A stretch of 64,000 nucleotides of DNA from Octopus sinensis. Its lineage: Eukaryota. The notes beneath the pieces are model-generated. The model did not search any database and had not been told where the DNA came from. It saw only the letters and a list, made by a program, of their open reading frames with translations. Both the position numbers and the translations under genes were made by a program. Shown piece by piece: positions 51,019 through 64,000 of this stretch. Position 1 is the stretch's first letter; every line of letters starts with the position of its first letter. The stretch spans positions 3,658,001 through 3,722,000 of the forward strand of contig NC_043012.1 of the NCBI RefSeq assembly GCF_006345805.1. Reading direction: 5' to 3'.

Positions 51019-51379
51019 TTAACCACACAGCTGCAGCCAATCAGAATCAATCATTTTAAATGCAAGAAGCTATTCAAAGGATGCAATTTGAACCAATCGA
51101 AACATTTGATTCCACCTAGTTGCATACCAAGCTTACTGAAACATGTTTTTAAGCTTGTATAATGATTTATAATGGGGTAAAAATAATGTGTGCTATGTTT
51201 GTATAGTATGATACTATATTTAAATCAAATGCTTCTGTTCTTCTGAATTATCAACCTCACTTTATACCACAACCTGCCACACCTGGTAGAGTTTATTTCC
51301 AGGCATGCTAGTTGACTGAGCAACCAGGTTTCAATCTCAAGTTCTGTTTGTCTTCTTCTGTTTATATTCCTCCGTCTAT

Positions 51380-51623
51380 ATTTACACTTCCTCATAAATA
51401 TAAAGCGCTGTGTCTCTTTGTGAAAGTCGAATCAATATTTACCTTCTTTCAAGCCCACAGCTGCTGCCCCGCCTAAAGTAAGAGGCAGGAAGTGTGTAAA
51501 AAAAAGTGTGAATATATAAGGAAATATTTAATTGAAAGTAGTTTGAATGGTTCCGTTGTAGACTGGTATTTTTAGGCACTGTTGCTTGTTTTCGAATCTT
51601 GGAGGCTTGCAAAGGTTGTGAGT
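51380..51623 (+). promoter_or_regulatory. Candidate TATA promoter plus short non-coding first exon
   Basis: Unique sequence containing ETS-like CAGGAAGT, E-box CAGCTG, GC-box CCCCGCC, TATATAAG at 51513-51520, Inr-like TAGTT near 51540 and donor-like GTGAGT at 51618. Confidence 0.3.
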
Positions 51624-51720
51624 ACAACCTTCTGACTAAATGCAAAAATATAATACCTGTTTTGCATTTGGATTGGTTCAGTTGTCTTTTTATGTCTTCC
51701 TTTAACAAAGTATCAGTTTA

Positions 51721-51941
51721 ACCCTGAAGCGTTCAGATGATTCTGTCAAATGTATTACTTACACATTCATATTGTTTTAAATTAATCCTGCATTATCTCA
51801 TATTTTGAGATTTTGATGATGTGATTGTTTATGATTTGAATGGCATTGTTGGGTAGGTGTGAGAGGCCTGATCTGGTCACTTTGAATATGAAACATGTAG
51901 AACATTTTGAGCTGTATATAGCTAGTTCAAATGCTAATGGG
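51721..51941. mobile_element. piggyBac-type MITE family 2
   Basis: Reverse homologue of 20512-20729; starts TTAA-CCCTG. Confidence 0.7.
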
Positions 51942-51991
51942 TCAAGAAGTTAGTATTATAACTTACTATTGTCATTATTATTAACAACATA

Positions 51992-52291
51992 GGTGCAGGA
52001 GTGGCTGTGTGGTAAGTAGCTTGCTTACTAGCCACATGGTTCCGGGTTCAGTCCCACTGCATGGCACCTTTGGCAAATGTCTTCTACTATAGCTTCGGGC
52101 CAACCAAAGCCTTGTGAGTGGATTTGGTAGATGGAAACTGAAAGAAGCCTGTCGTATATATGTATATATGTGTATATATGTGTGTCTGTCCCCCAACATC
52201 GCTTGACAATCGATGCTGGTGTGTTTATGTCCCCGTAACTTAGTGGTTCGGCAAAAGAGACCGATAGAATAAGTACTAGGCTTACAAAGAA
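51992..52291 (+). mobile_element. SINE family A, 3'-truncated
   Basis: Near-consensus head and body. Confidence 0.88.
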
Positions 52292-53106
52292 TAATAAAGA
52301 GTTAATCATAATTACTTTGGCGTTAAATAAGCTGGTGTTCAGAACATAAATTAACATGAAACCTTGATAGATGCTTTTCATTTAGGTCTCTTTAAAACAT
52401 GAAGTTTGTATCACAGAAACAAAGTCAGTCTCAGGTAGGTTGGTATCAAAAGGGTTAATTAGACGCTCTACATATTTAAAACATCAATGTCCCTAACCTA
52501 TTGGAACCGGTTTTTCTTTATTATCCTTCTTCTGTGGTGAAAATAAATTTTGTGGATTTAATGATACTTTAAAATATTGTATCATAATATTATTTGAATT
52601 TATGTGTTCATTCCCATTTTCCCCACCACCATCCTTTATTTATATATTTATGAATGTACTACAAGTAAAATTAAATAAATAAAGATATCAACTGGGAGGG
52701 AAGATAATAAAATCTTTGGTCACACTCTACTTGAGAAGACTTTTAGAAATCTTTATTACTCAGATTTCTTTTTGATTTATTTTCCTTTCCAACTAAGTGT
52801 TATAAATAATCAATTTTGACTTTTAAATGGTTCAAAGTCATAAATTTACAGATTCATAAATAAAATGTATGTGTAACATTGATACTTTTCTTGAAAATAA
52901 AAAGAAATTATATTATTAAAGTGAAAAGCTGTAACAGAAATAAAAAAAGAAACTTTCTTATGGTTTGAGGAGGAAGGGTATGTGACCTTTACAGCTCATT
53001 TTATTCATGAGCTCTCTGAGCTTTCTACCCACAAGATTTCTGGGCTGTCTACCCATGAGATTTCTGGGCCTTCTATATAAAAACTTCTGATAGTCTGGCC
53101 AGTATA

Positions 53107-53144
<38 letters not shown>

Positions 53145-53900
53145 CAAATATTATTAATTAGTTTGAAAATGGAGAGATTCAATGGATATAAATTAATTTA
53201 TTAATTATTTTACATTGCCTACAATCATTTCACTTTGTACCCAGTTTAAATTACAATTATGTAATGATATAATTTTGCATTTTGAATAGCCTGGGTGTAA
53301 GATCTTCAGGGCAAAATGGACATTACAGAGTTTATATTTTGATCAATTGAAATACTCCCCCACCTCCCCCACACATACGATCAGTGGAATGAACGAACTA
53401 CATTACAACTAGAATAACTAACAAGGTATCTGACAACAGAATGAGAACAATCTGCTGCCATGAATTTAATAAAAGATTTGGTTTGAAATTCCAAGAATGC
53501 TACCAAATAAAACAAGCATATGAAGAAGGCTAGAGGATATAACAACCAAAACATGACTATAACAAATAAGACTCTATAAGTTTGTATGCTGGAGATTGGA
53601 AAATCTCTTTTCTTTCAAATCAGTCAGAAGAATCATGTCAGATTACTCTTCTCCTCACAAAGTTATCTGAACTTAGAAACTTCTCTGTATATTCTTGCTG
53701 ATACCAACCACCACTAGACACTCCAGCCTTATTTTTTACATTTTGGTGGTATATGACTGTGTGATTAAGACGTTAACTTCAGCATCATGTGCTTTCAAGT
53801 TCAGTCCCACCGCATGGCACCTCAGGCAAATGTCTTCTACTGTAACCCTGGGCTGACCAAAGTCTTGTGAGTGCAGTTGGTTGACAGACATTGAAAGAAA

Positions 53901-54131
53901 AGTGGCAAGCTGGCAGAAACGTTAGCATGCCAGACGAAATGCTTGGCAGTATTTTGTCTGCTGCTACATTCTGAGTTCAAATTCTGCCGAGGTCGACTTA
54001 GCCTTTCATCCTTTCCGGGTCAATTAAATAAGTACTAGTTACGCACTGGGGTCAATGTAATCGACTTAATCTGTTTGTCTGTCCTTGTTTGTCCCCTCTA
54101 TGTTTAGCCCCTTGTGGGCAATAAAGAAATA
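53901..54131 (+). mobile_element. SINE family C nested in an A-type SINE
   Basis: Flanked by AGACATTGAAAGAAA and AGAAACTGAAAGAAA (15-bp TSD, 2 mismatches). Confidence 0.88.
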
Positions 54132-54166
54132 AGAAACTGAAAGAAATCTAAAATGTGTGTGTATGT

Positions 54167-54208
<42 letters not shown>

Positions 54209-54670
54209 ACATGCTCATGTCTCCTTGTTTTGACATTCCATGCTAACTGTAGAGAAATGTTACCATCATACAAGCAATGTCGTTTGTTTGCAATCTTCCA
54301 TGAAAAATTGTATCTGACATTGTGCTACTTGTGTTGAAAAGACTCTGAGAAAATATTCCTTTACTTGGAGACAAATAAATGTTAGCACCTGGGAGAGCAT
54401 CCAACCATAGAAAACCTGCATCAACAGATTTCATTTGATCCATGCGAGCATGAAGAAATTGACGTTAAACTGGTGCTATTCTACTTCTGAATAGCTGGAA
54501 TTTCATCTCATCATTTATGTTATAAAACATTAACCAAGAATTTAATTAAAGTATGAACACTTTAATTCAGAGCATCTCAAATGGATTGGTGTTAAAAAGG
54601 TTTAATGCAGTGTGTTATTGTGTTATAAATTACATCTGAAGTGTTAAATTTTCTCTTTGTTCCTCCACAG

Positions 54671-54827
54671 GAACAAGTCAAATATTTAACTCTCTTTAAA
54701 AGATTTTCTTTATATATATATACATATACAATTGTTGTTGATTTGATTTTTGAGAGTAGCAAATGACATGAGCAGGTGGTTTTCTTTCAGATGTTGCCGA
54801 CATTTAGGATTTCTCCATTAGAACTAT
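54671..54827 (+). other. Candidate exon (unverified)
   Basis: Strong acceptor TTTTCTCTTTGTTCCTCCACAG| and donor TAT|GTAAGT. ATG at 54791 gives MLPTFRISPLEL. Confidence 0.3.
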
Positions 54828-56946
54828 GTAAGTAGTAGAAAGTGCAGAAATATATAGATTTATAAATGTCTTGAACAATTGCCAATACTGTCTGGCTATT
54901 AGATTTGTTGACTGTTAATTTTATACAAAATTTCATTCACATGAAATTCAGAGACTGTAGAGATTTTTATCAGCATCTTTTTAGCATTCATCGAGTTGTC
55001 ATGGTTTAATTTAAAAGCTTTGAGATATTTTCTTCAACATGGTAAACAATTACTGAAATTGAAATTATGCGTGATGCTGAAGAAATAGATGAGAGTCATC
55101 ATGAGATTGAAATCAATGGTTCATTGTTCAGGATCTGATACTAATACATCATCACATTATATCTAGCTTTCATATTTTGCACACTCAGTATCATCATCAC
55201 TTTTCATCATTGTCATTTTCCCTCATTGTTGTCCTCTTTCATCATTGCCATTTTTCATCATCATCATCATCATCATCTTCGGTTTTCATCATAGTTAGCT
55301 TTTCATTGTTTTTCCTCATCGTTGTTAGTTTTCAACGTCATAGCTTTCCTTTGCCATTTTTCCATGTCATTTTGCATCATTATCGTCATTTTTCAATGTT
55401 GTCTCCCATGCTTGCATGGGTCAGATGGAATATGTTGGAGCAGATTTTTTTACAGCTGGATGCCTTTCCTGTTGCCAACACTCATTCCTTTCCAAGCTGG
55501 ATACTCTTCTCCATGGCTGGACATGTCTCTAGAGAAGATTGGAAATGAACAACAATTGCTTGATTGTGGCATTCATTTACAACTACTGTGCAATGTAAGA
55601 TGAAGTACTCTGCACATAAAAATGCCTTCTGCAGTTAATTCAAACTTGCAAACTATGTCACAAAATCCAGTACTCTAACAAGGGAAGCTTTAAGTGGTCA
55701 CTCAACTTGCTAGAAACAGCAGTCAAGTACCTCTCAAGTCACAACCCACCGTTTAAAAAAAATATCATACATTGGACATTGTAGTATTAGGTATCCTAAA
55801 AGTCACAATAGAACGTCTTTGACTTTTGGTTTGCTAGATCAGGACGGACAAAGGCTAAACAAATCTGAGGTTATGTTGAAGGAATCAAACCTAGGACCTG
55901 ATGATTGTGCAGAAAATTTCGTAACTTTTTCTCTCCCCCTCCCCCGTGTGTGTATATTTCAGTCAATGGACTGTGGCCATGCTTGGGCAATTCCTTGAAA
56001 GGTTTTAGTCAATCAAATCAACCTTATATGGCAAGCAGAGTGGGAGACAAATCAAAAGACGTACATGCACACACACACACATGACAGGCTTCCTTCTACT
56101 AAATTTACTTGTGAAGCCTTGGTCAGTCCAGTGCTATAACAGAAAATACTTACCCAAGCTGCTGCAGTGTGGGACTGAACCTGAGACCATGCAGTTGCAA
56201 GAATGAGCTCCTTAACCTCACAGCCATGACTGCACCTACACACACACACACACACACTTTGTACTGGGATTGAATTCATGGAAGTTTATTGTAATATAGT
56301 TTCTATGCAACCCTCTAGAGACTAGTTTAATGGAAGACAGCAGAAAGTTGCACAATTCAATGCTTTTTTTATACATATATATTTCATTTATTGTTTTCTT
56401 TCTTTTTATTCAACAGCAACAAGAAATCCTTGTAGCAATTTCTTTATTCATTCGAATCAACCCATCAGTGTATTATTTTGAATACTTATTTAAAGACCCT
56501 GGAGAGATGAAAGGCAAAAATCATCCCCAAAGGGAATTTGAGCACAGAAACCTGAGATACTAAACTAGCCATAAAAATATATATAAGCCAGGCATTTCAC
56601 CATATCTACTAAATCACTATTTTATCATGTTTACTGAACCGTTACTACTTGTGTATAATGAAGCAATCATAATGAAATGAAATCTTTTTATTCCAATGAA
56701 ATGACTTTTGGTTATCTAGTTCAAGTGAACATTCAAAGACTTATCTTTTCCATGAAATGTTGTTAACTATAATTATGGGTTGGGGGTTTGTGTGTGTGTG
56801 TGTATATGTGTGTGAGTGCATTTGTTTGCACAAGTGTGAGGAAATGTGTGTCTGTGCATATGCATGTGTGTGTGACTGTGTATATGTGTTAGTGTATGTA
56901 TGTATGTATATGCATATGTTTGAATATATATGTGTATGTATGTATG

Positions 56947-56981
<35 letters not shown>

Positions 56982-56984
56982 TTC

Positions 56985-57299
56985 TTTTCCAGTTTTAGAC
57001 TGAGACCATTCTGGGGCACCTCCTTGAAGAATTTTTGTCGAACAACTTGACTCCTATACTTACTTTGTTACACCTGCCACTTATTCTATCAGTCTCTGTT
57101 GCTGAACTGCTAAGTTAAAGGGACTTACACACCAACACCAGTTGTCGAGTGATAGGGGTGGGGGACAAACACACACAGACACACAATGGGCTTCTTTCAG
57201 TTTCTGTCTACCAAATTCACTCACAAGCTTTGGTCAGCCCATGGCTATAGTAGAAGACACTAGCCCAAGGTGCCATGCAGTGGGACTGAACCTGAAACC
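56985..57299 (-). mobile_element. SINE family A
   Basis: Reverse-complement match. Confidence 0.8.
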
Positions 57300-57339
57300 T
57301 TGATGTAATTTCTTTTAATTGCTAACGATTTCTCATTAT

Positions 57340-57530
57340 ATCATCATCGTTATCATTTAACATCTGTGTTCCATGCTGGCATGGGTCAGATAGTCTGACA
57401 TGATCCAATGAGCCAGAAGACCATGTTGAGTTTTCATTATCGGCTTTGGTAGTGTTTCTACAGCTTGAAGCCCTTCCTAATGCAAACCACTTTACAAAGA
57501 GAGTACTGGGTACTTTTTCTGTGACACTGG
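57340..57530 (-). mobile_element. Family B (RTE 3' end)
   Basis: TTCCATGCTGGCATGGG...GCCCTTCCTAATGC. Confidence 0.75.
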
Positions 57531-58169
57531 CACTAGCTAGTGCACGACCAAGTAACTTGCAATACAAAACCCCTCAACTGAGTGGAGGTGGATCTGTGCT
57601 AGGTGTTGAGAAGCTAAGGTATGCTAGGGGGGCAGGAGGTGTCTTGTTGTAGAGGAGATACATGGCTACACTAACTGGAAAGAGTGGAAAAAAGAAAAAA
57701 AGGGATGGTGGAGATGATGTTTGAGAACATACCCTCAAAGTACAAGAAGGTGGATATAAGAAAGAATAGGGACAAACAATGGAGGATGGATTGATGGGTT
57801 ATGCATCAGGTGAAATCTAATGATTTCCCACCTAAAATTTGTTACATGTAACAACAAATTTATTATACATGCACATACATATATACACAAATACATACAT
57901 ACACACACACATACATACACACACACACACAAACACACACACATTATCATCACTTAATGCTGACATGGGTTGGACAGTTCGATAAAATCTGGCAAATGAG
58001 AGGACTGCATTGTGCTGCAATGACTGCTTTGGTGTGGTTTTTGTGGCTAGATGCCCTTCCAAATACCAGCCTTTTCCACGGAGTGTACCAAGTGCTTTTG
58101 CCATGGCACCAGCGCTAGTGAAGATTGCCTTATAACTTTTAAGACTAAGGACCTAAAGTGGTCCCTAAT

Positions 58170-58676
58170 ACTGAGCTTGATGTAATCAACTAGCTCCCTC
58201 CCACCAAAATTGCAGGCCTTGTGCCTGTAGAAGAAAGGATGGTGAGCTGGCAGAATCGTTAGCACGCTGAATGAAATGCTTAGCGGTATTTCACCAGTTG
58301 CTATGTTCTGAGTTCAAATTCTACCAAGGTTCACTTTCCCCTTTCATCCTTATGGTATCAATAAAATAAACACCAGTTGAACACTAACCCTAACCCTCCC
58401 CCAAAATTTCAGGCCTTGTGCCTTTAGTAGAAAGGATTATTATTATTATTATTATTATTATTAGGTGGCAAGCTGGCAGTCATTAGCACACTAGATGAAA
58501 TGCTTAGTAGTATTTCGTCTGTCACTACATTGTGAGTTCCAAATCCGCCAACGTTGACTTTGCCTTCCATCTTTCAGAGGTTGATGAAATAAGTACCAGT
58601 TGAGCACTGGGATCAATTTAATTGACTAGCCACCATCCCAAAATTTCAGGCCTTGTGCCTTTAAGTAGAAAGGATT

Positions 58677-58707
<31 letters not shown>

Positions 58708-58930
58708 GGATGTTGGATTAGTAGAATCATTAGAACATCAGACAAAATGCTTTGCAGAATGACTTCCTGTTCTTTATATTCTAAGTTCATATCCCACCAA
58801 GGTCAAGTTTGCTTTTCATCCTTCTGAGGTCAATAAAATAAAAGTACCAGTTAATTATTTGGGCCAATATAATTGATCTCCCCCCCACCCTGTTCACTTC
58901 TTCTCAAAATTACTGCCTAAATCAGAAATC
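58170..58930 (+). mobile_element. Head-to-tail array of SINE C units
   Basis: About 3.5 units ending CAGGCCTTGTGCCT..AGAAAGGAT; the later units are separated by (ATT)n. Confidence 0.85.
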
Positions 58931-58957
58931 TTTAGCTTTATTACTAGGGTTGGTGTA

Positions 58958-59175
58958 ATCATCATTTAACGTCTGTTTTCCCTGCTGGCATGGGTTGGAC
59001 AGTTTGACAGGAGCTGGCTGGCTGGCTGGAGAGCTGCACCAAGCTCCATGTCTCTTTTGGCATGGTTTCTACAACTGGATACTCTGCCTAACACCAACCA
59101 CTTTACAGAGTGTAGCAGGTTCTTTTATGTGGTGCTGCAGTGGGTGCTTTTACAGGTGCTTTTTATGTGGTACCA
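58958..59175 (-). mobile_element. Family B (RTE 3' end)
   Basis: CATCATTTAACGTCTG...GGCATGGGTTGGACAG. Confidence 0.75.
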
Positions 59176-60273
59176 GTACCCACTAGTCCACAAGATTGGA
59201 ATCGCTCCGCTGAAGAGGAATGTAGGGGAGATTATGGCTTTTTACATTACATTCTAAGTTCAAATCCCATCAAGTTCGACATTTTATCATCTCTGGAAGG
59301 ATGACAGGCAAAGTACCAATCAGATACCAGTGGTATAGCTAGACTGCATGCCACCAGGAGCAGTCCTTGTGTTTGCCCCACTCCTGTCCCAGCCTCCAAG
59401 CCTATACAAGTTACCCAGCAGACCCAGCTATGCTATCTTCGTAAAAGTGCTTCCCAAGACAGACTGCCTCCTCTTTCCTTGCCCCCTCCCCCCCAATTAT
59501 GCTACTGTCCATTACTATCCCTCCTTCCAAATTTCAGGCCATAGGCTTTTTTTCAGAAACAATTATTAACCATTTATGATTCATGGTATGAGAAATATAG
59601 CAAGAGTTGCCTTGCCTCAGAAAGAAGTGCATATTGGAAAACATAAAAATGTCTAATGTCAACAAATAAATGCCTTAGCAATATTTATACATTCCTTTGT
59701 CTCAGAGAGTAAAGTTGCATGGTCTGTTGGTTAGGATGTTGCACTTGCAGACTCAAGATTATTGTTTCAATTCCTAGACTGGACGATGTGTTGTGTTCTT
59801 GGGCAAAGCATTTCATTTCATGTTGCTTCCGTCTGCTGAACTGTAAACAAGCAATTCTGTGATGGTTGCGGGATGGCGTCCCAATCAGCAGGAATTTTGT
59901 AATCTCAATCACTTGTACACCATGAAAACCGAGTTCAGATCTCATCAAGGTCAACTTCCATGTGTCTAGTGATTGGTTGATTAAATCACATGCATTCCTT
60001 CCCCAAAATATTTGTGGTCTTGTGTCTGTGCTAGAAATGTTTATTGTTGTTGTTGCTGTACCTAGGTTCTTTTAATTCTTTTAAATATATTTTGTCAATA
60101 TCAATCATCTTTTAACATCCAAGGACAACTTTTTGTCAAAACATATTTTTAAAAATTGTTTTTTATTCTATCATATTCTCAAACGTTTCAATTTTGAAAT
60201 TGATTTGAAGGCTAAATACATGTGTGTGGGTGTGTGTGCATGTATGTGAGTGGGTGGGTATTGTGTGCATGTA

Positions 60274-60305
<32 letters not shown>

Positions 60306-61024
60306 GAGGGAATTATGTGTGTATATATATGTGTATGTGTGTATATAAATGTGCATGTATATATGCATATAGAAATGTGTGTATGATGTGATTACACACA
60401 CACACCTGCTCACACTCATAATTATGTCTCCTAAGCTTGTTGCTGAAGGGAAGTCACTGAAAATCCTTTTCATCAAATTGCTTTGCAATTTCACAGATAT
60501 TTTATTAAAATGAAAAATTTGAGTACTTCTTTTTTCCATGTTGTATTTTGCTTTTTACCGTTTTATTTTAATGTTTCACTTGGTTACAAATTTATTGTTC
60601 CAAAATGTTATTTCTCTCTTTTATTCATTGTTTGAAGCCTTTACTTCTCTGTCTCTGTCTCTCCCTGTCTGTTAGTCTTTCTTTCTCTCATATATATATA
60701 TATTTATATAAATCAGCTTTTACGTAATTTCTCATCCTTCTCTTTGTATCTCTCTCTCTTTCTCTCTCTCTCATCATTCTTTCTGCATCTCTGTCTTTCT
60801 CACACCTTCCTATCTGTATTTCTGTCTTCGTCCAATTTGTCTCAAAGACTTATTGATAACATTTAATGCATGATAGACGGGGGAATAGCAAAATAGAAAT
60901 ATATAGGTGTGTGTGTGCACACGTCTGCTATCTCCTAAGTTTTAGGTTGATAACTGTAGTAAAAGTATTGTTGAGTCTGCTTGGATGGAAATATTTCATT
61001 CCATATTTCTCATTTAATCGTGGC

Positions 61025-61382
61025 ACTCTGTCGGTTGCGACGATGAGGGTTCCAGTTGATACGATCAACGGAACAGCCTGCTTGTGAAATTAATGTGCAA
61101 GTGGCTGAGCACTCCACAGACACATGTACCCTTAACTTAGTTCTCAGCGAGAGTCAGCGTGACACAAAGTGTGAAAACGCTGGCCCAGAAACAGGAAGAA
61201 AGAGTGAGAGAAAGTTGTGGTGAAAGAGTACAACAGGGTTCACCACCACCCCTTTGCTGGAGCCTTGTGGAACTTTTGATGTTTTTGCTCAATAACCACT
61301 CACAATGCCCGGCCTGGGAATTGAAACCGCAATCCTACAACCGCGAGTCTGCTTCTCTAACCACTGGGCCATTGCACCTCCT
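61025..61382 (-). mobile_element. tRNA-derived SINE family E
   Basis: Minus head GAGGTGCAATGGCCCAGTGGTTAG...GGTTTCAATTCCC. Confidence 0.85.
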
Positions 61383-62073
61383 CTCTCATTTCATATTAGT
61401 GTATGGAATAGCTAATAGATGACTTGGTAAATGCTGTGTTAGCCTTAACATTTCTTTCAGGAACAGGTTAATCTTTGACCACAGGAGAAATGAAAGGTCC
61501 AAATTATTGTTGGAAAAGTGGACATTGAAATGATGATGATGGTGATGAATTTTTCATGCAGTTTCTGTCTACTCAAATAGACCTGCAGAACTAGCAGGGG
61601 TTGATCCAAGAATATGATAGAAATTATTTTCCCAAGACACCATGCAACAAACCTCTTAAGCATTCAACCATTCTGCATCCATAAACAACCCATGGCTTTT
61701 GTGTGTTTTTCCATGAGGACCTTTAAAGCACCTCCCCTATTGGGAGTTTTAAGTTGTTTAATTTTTTATTGTTTTGTATTGTTTATACAAGGAAAACCCA
61801 TTGTTTCATCCATTTTTTTTTTGTCTTTCAATGTTATTGTATGTCCTTTTATGTTTGTATATATTAGCCCTTGTGGCCAATAAAAGAATAAATTATTATT
61901 AAACTAGGTGATGAGCTAGCAGAAGCATGCTGGGCAAAATGCTTTGTGGCATTTCATCCTTGTATTCTGATTTCAAAAGAAGGGGAAAGTTGCTTCAAAT
62001 ATAAAAATAAAATATATTGCATCAATTATTTTTAATGAAAACCGGAATGGTGTGCGACTTCTGAGATACCCTG

Positions 62074-62319
<246 letters not shown>

Positions 62320-62466
62320 GTATAAATATAATTTTTTCATTATCTTCCAGCCATTTAAAGATTTTTCAATGAATTGTTTTCTAATTTTCCACACAAATAT
62401 AGTCTTGTATGATATTGATGAATATCGCTTTTATTTTTCTCTGAAAAATTAATAATTAACAAGATA

Positions 62467-62692
62467 CAAGGGCGGGAGTTGGGGCTGAAAAGTTCCTGGC
62501 TTTGGGTAAAAGAAAATACAGGAAGATCAGTTAATTATGATTTTATGAACATGCTCCTTTCTCAGATTCACACACTTATTGCGGCAGTCTGTCATTTTTT
62601 TTCTAAGACCTCTGAAAGAACTCGGAAAGTTAGGCCTCCAACCAGGCCTTTTGTGATACTCTTAAAGCCAGGAATTTTTCAGCACCTCCTCA
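62467..62692. mobile_element. mariner-like MITE
   Basis: Inverted repeats GCTGAAAAGTTCCTGGCTTT / AAAGCCAGGAATTTTTCAGC (19/20 match). Confidence 0.7.
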
Positions 62693-62814
62693 CAGAAGCA
62701 TTTAATTATATATATATAGTTTGATAAGTGCTGATGCATAATACTCTCGGCTCTTGAGTCTCCCTGTTGCTTCTGCTAACTACTACTACCACTACTGAAT
62801 AATAATAATAATAA

Positions 62815-63250
62815 TCCTTTCTACTAAAGGCATAGGGCCTGAAATTTTAGGGAAGGGATACGTCGATGACACTGACTCCAGTATTCAACTGGTACTTAAT
62901 TTATCAACCCTGAAAGGATGAAAGGTAAAGTCAACCTTGGCGGAATTTGAACTCAGAACGTAGTGGCAGACAAAATGTGGCAAACCATTTTGCCCAGCTT
63001 GCTACATTGATGATGATGATAATAATAATAATCTTTTCTACTATAGGCAGAAGGCCTGAAATTTTTGGTGGAGAAGGGGGCAAGTTGATTAGATCAACTC
63101 TAGTATGCAACTGGTACTTAATTTATCAACCCCAAAAGGATGAAAGGCAAAGTCGACCTTGGCGGAATTTGAACTCAGAACGTAAAGACAGCCGAAATGC
63201 TGCAAAACATTTTACCCAGCATGCTAACGATTCTGCCAGCTTGCCACCTT
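62815..63250 (-). mobile_element. Two tandem SINE C copies
   Basis: Reverse-complement units separated by (GAT)/(AAT) repeats. Confidence 0.85.
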
Positions 63251-63440
63251 GATGATGATGATAATAAAAATAATAATAATAATAATGATGATAATAATAA
63301 TAATATTTAAAATCAAATTTTTTAAAATTTATTAAAAAAAATCTTTCTGCTTTGTGTGTATGTGTGTTTGAGTGTATATATAAATATATATATATTTGTT
63401 GTGTGTCTGTACATATATGTCTGCTTTGTGTGAATGTGTG

Positions 63441-63473
<33 letters not shown>

Positions 63474-63946
63474 CGTTTTATGTGTGTGTGTGTATATATA
63501 TATTTTTATGTGTGTATATATGTGTATATATATATATATATTTATATATATATACACACGCACACACACATTTATATTGTTTATATAATAAATGTATATA
63601 TTTTTCATGCATTTGAGAATACTTGCTTACTCATTTTTGCATTGTGTATTATGTTGTGTTATGTACACTCACTGGAAATAAATATCCACACTTTCACAAT
63701 TCAAATATGTGCACATTGTGCTATCATCATTATATACATCCTGGGTACACTGTGTATGAGTGTATTATATGTGACGTGTTTGCTCTGACGGGATGTGTGT
63801 ATTAACATTGAATATACTGTGTGTGTGTGATGTGCTGTAATTGTGTGTTGTAATGTTGTCCATGGGGTGTGCGTAGTATGGTAGTTCACTGATTGTGCGT
63901 TTGTATAGTAATATTGTATTACAAGGTTCATTTATTCACCACTTAC

Positions 63947-64000
63947 CTAAAACACAGGTGTTCGAAGCAAAAGACGGAGCCTTTACATGGTCGTTCTGCC
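63947..64000 (-). other. Candidate exon 3' end, truncated by the window
   Basis: Minus-strand donor TAG|GTAAGT (ACTTAC at 63941-63946). CpG-richer unique sequence with two open frames (AERPCKGSVFCFEHLCF or QNDHVKAPSFASNTCVL). Confidence 0.4.

Noticed and set aside
55177-55548. 123-aa hydrophobic ORF
   Set aside because: Degenerate (CAT)n repeat running into a family B copy.

Overview
AT-rich, repeat-saturated eukaryotic DNA. The SINE families and the dense (TA)n/(CA)n/(GA)n/(ATT)n/(GAT)n microsatellites match what I recognise from octopus (coleoid cephalopod) genomes; this is an inference from repeat content. The window looks like a long intron or intergenic region. No intact protein-coding gene is present, and almost all tracked ORFs are microsatellite or SINE read-throughs. 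Repeat content: (i) at least 20 copies of a tRNA-headed SINE ('A'); (ii) a second tRNA-like SINE ('C') in single, nested and tandem copies; (iii) SINEs 'D' and 'E'; (iv) many 5'-truncated RTE-LINE 3' ends ('B') plus decayed RTE and CR1 ORF2 fragments; (v) Tc1/mariner, pogo and piggyBac-type remnants and MITEs; (vi) two non-autonomous Helitrons. Family letters are my own labels, and repeat boundaries are approximate unless a TSD or TIR is quoted. The most notable signals are short Penelope-like or retrozyme-like elements carrying minimal hammerhead ribozyme cores (best at 44607-44641, minus strand), two apparently independent insertions of SINE C at the same nucleotide of SINE A, a near-perfect 58-bp inverted repeat at 33248-33391, short telomeric repeats at rearrangement junctions, and a few candidate exons and one candidate promoter.
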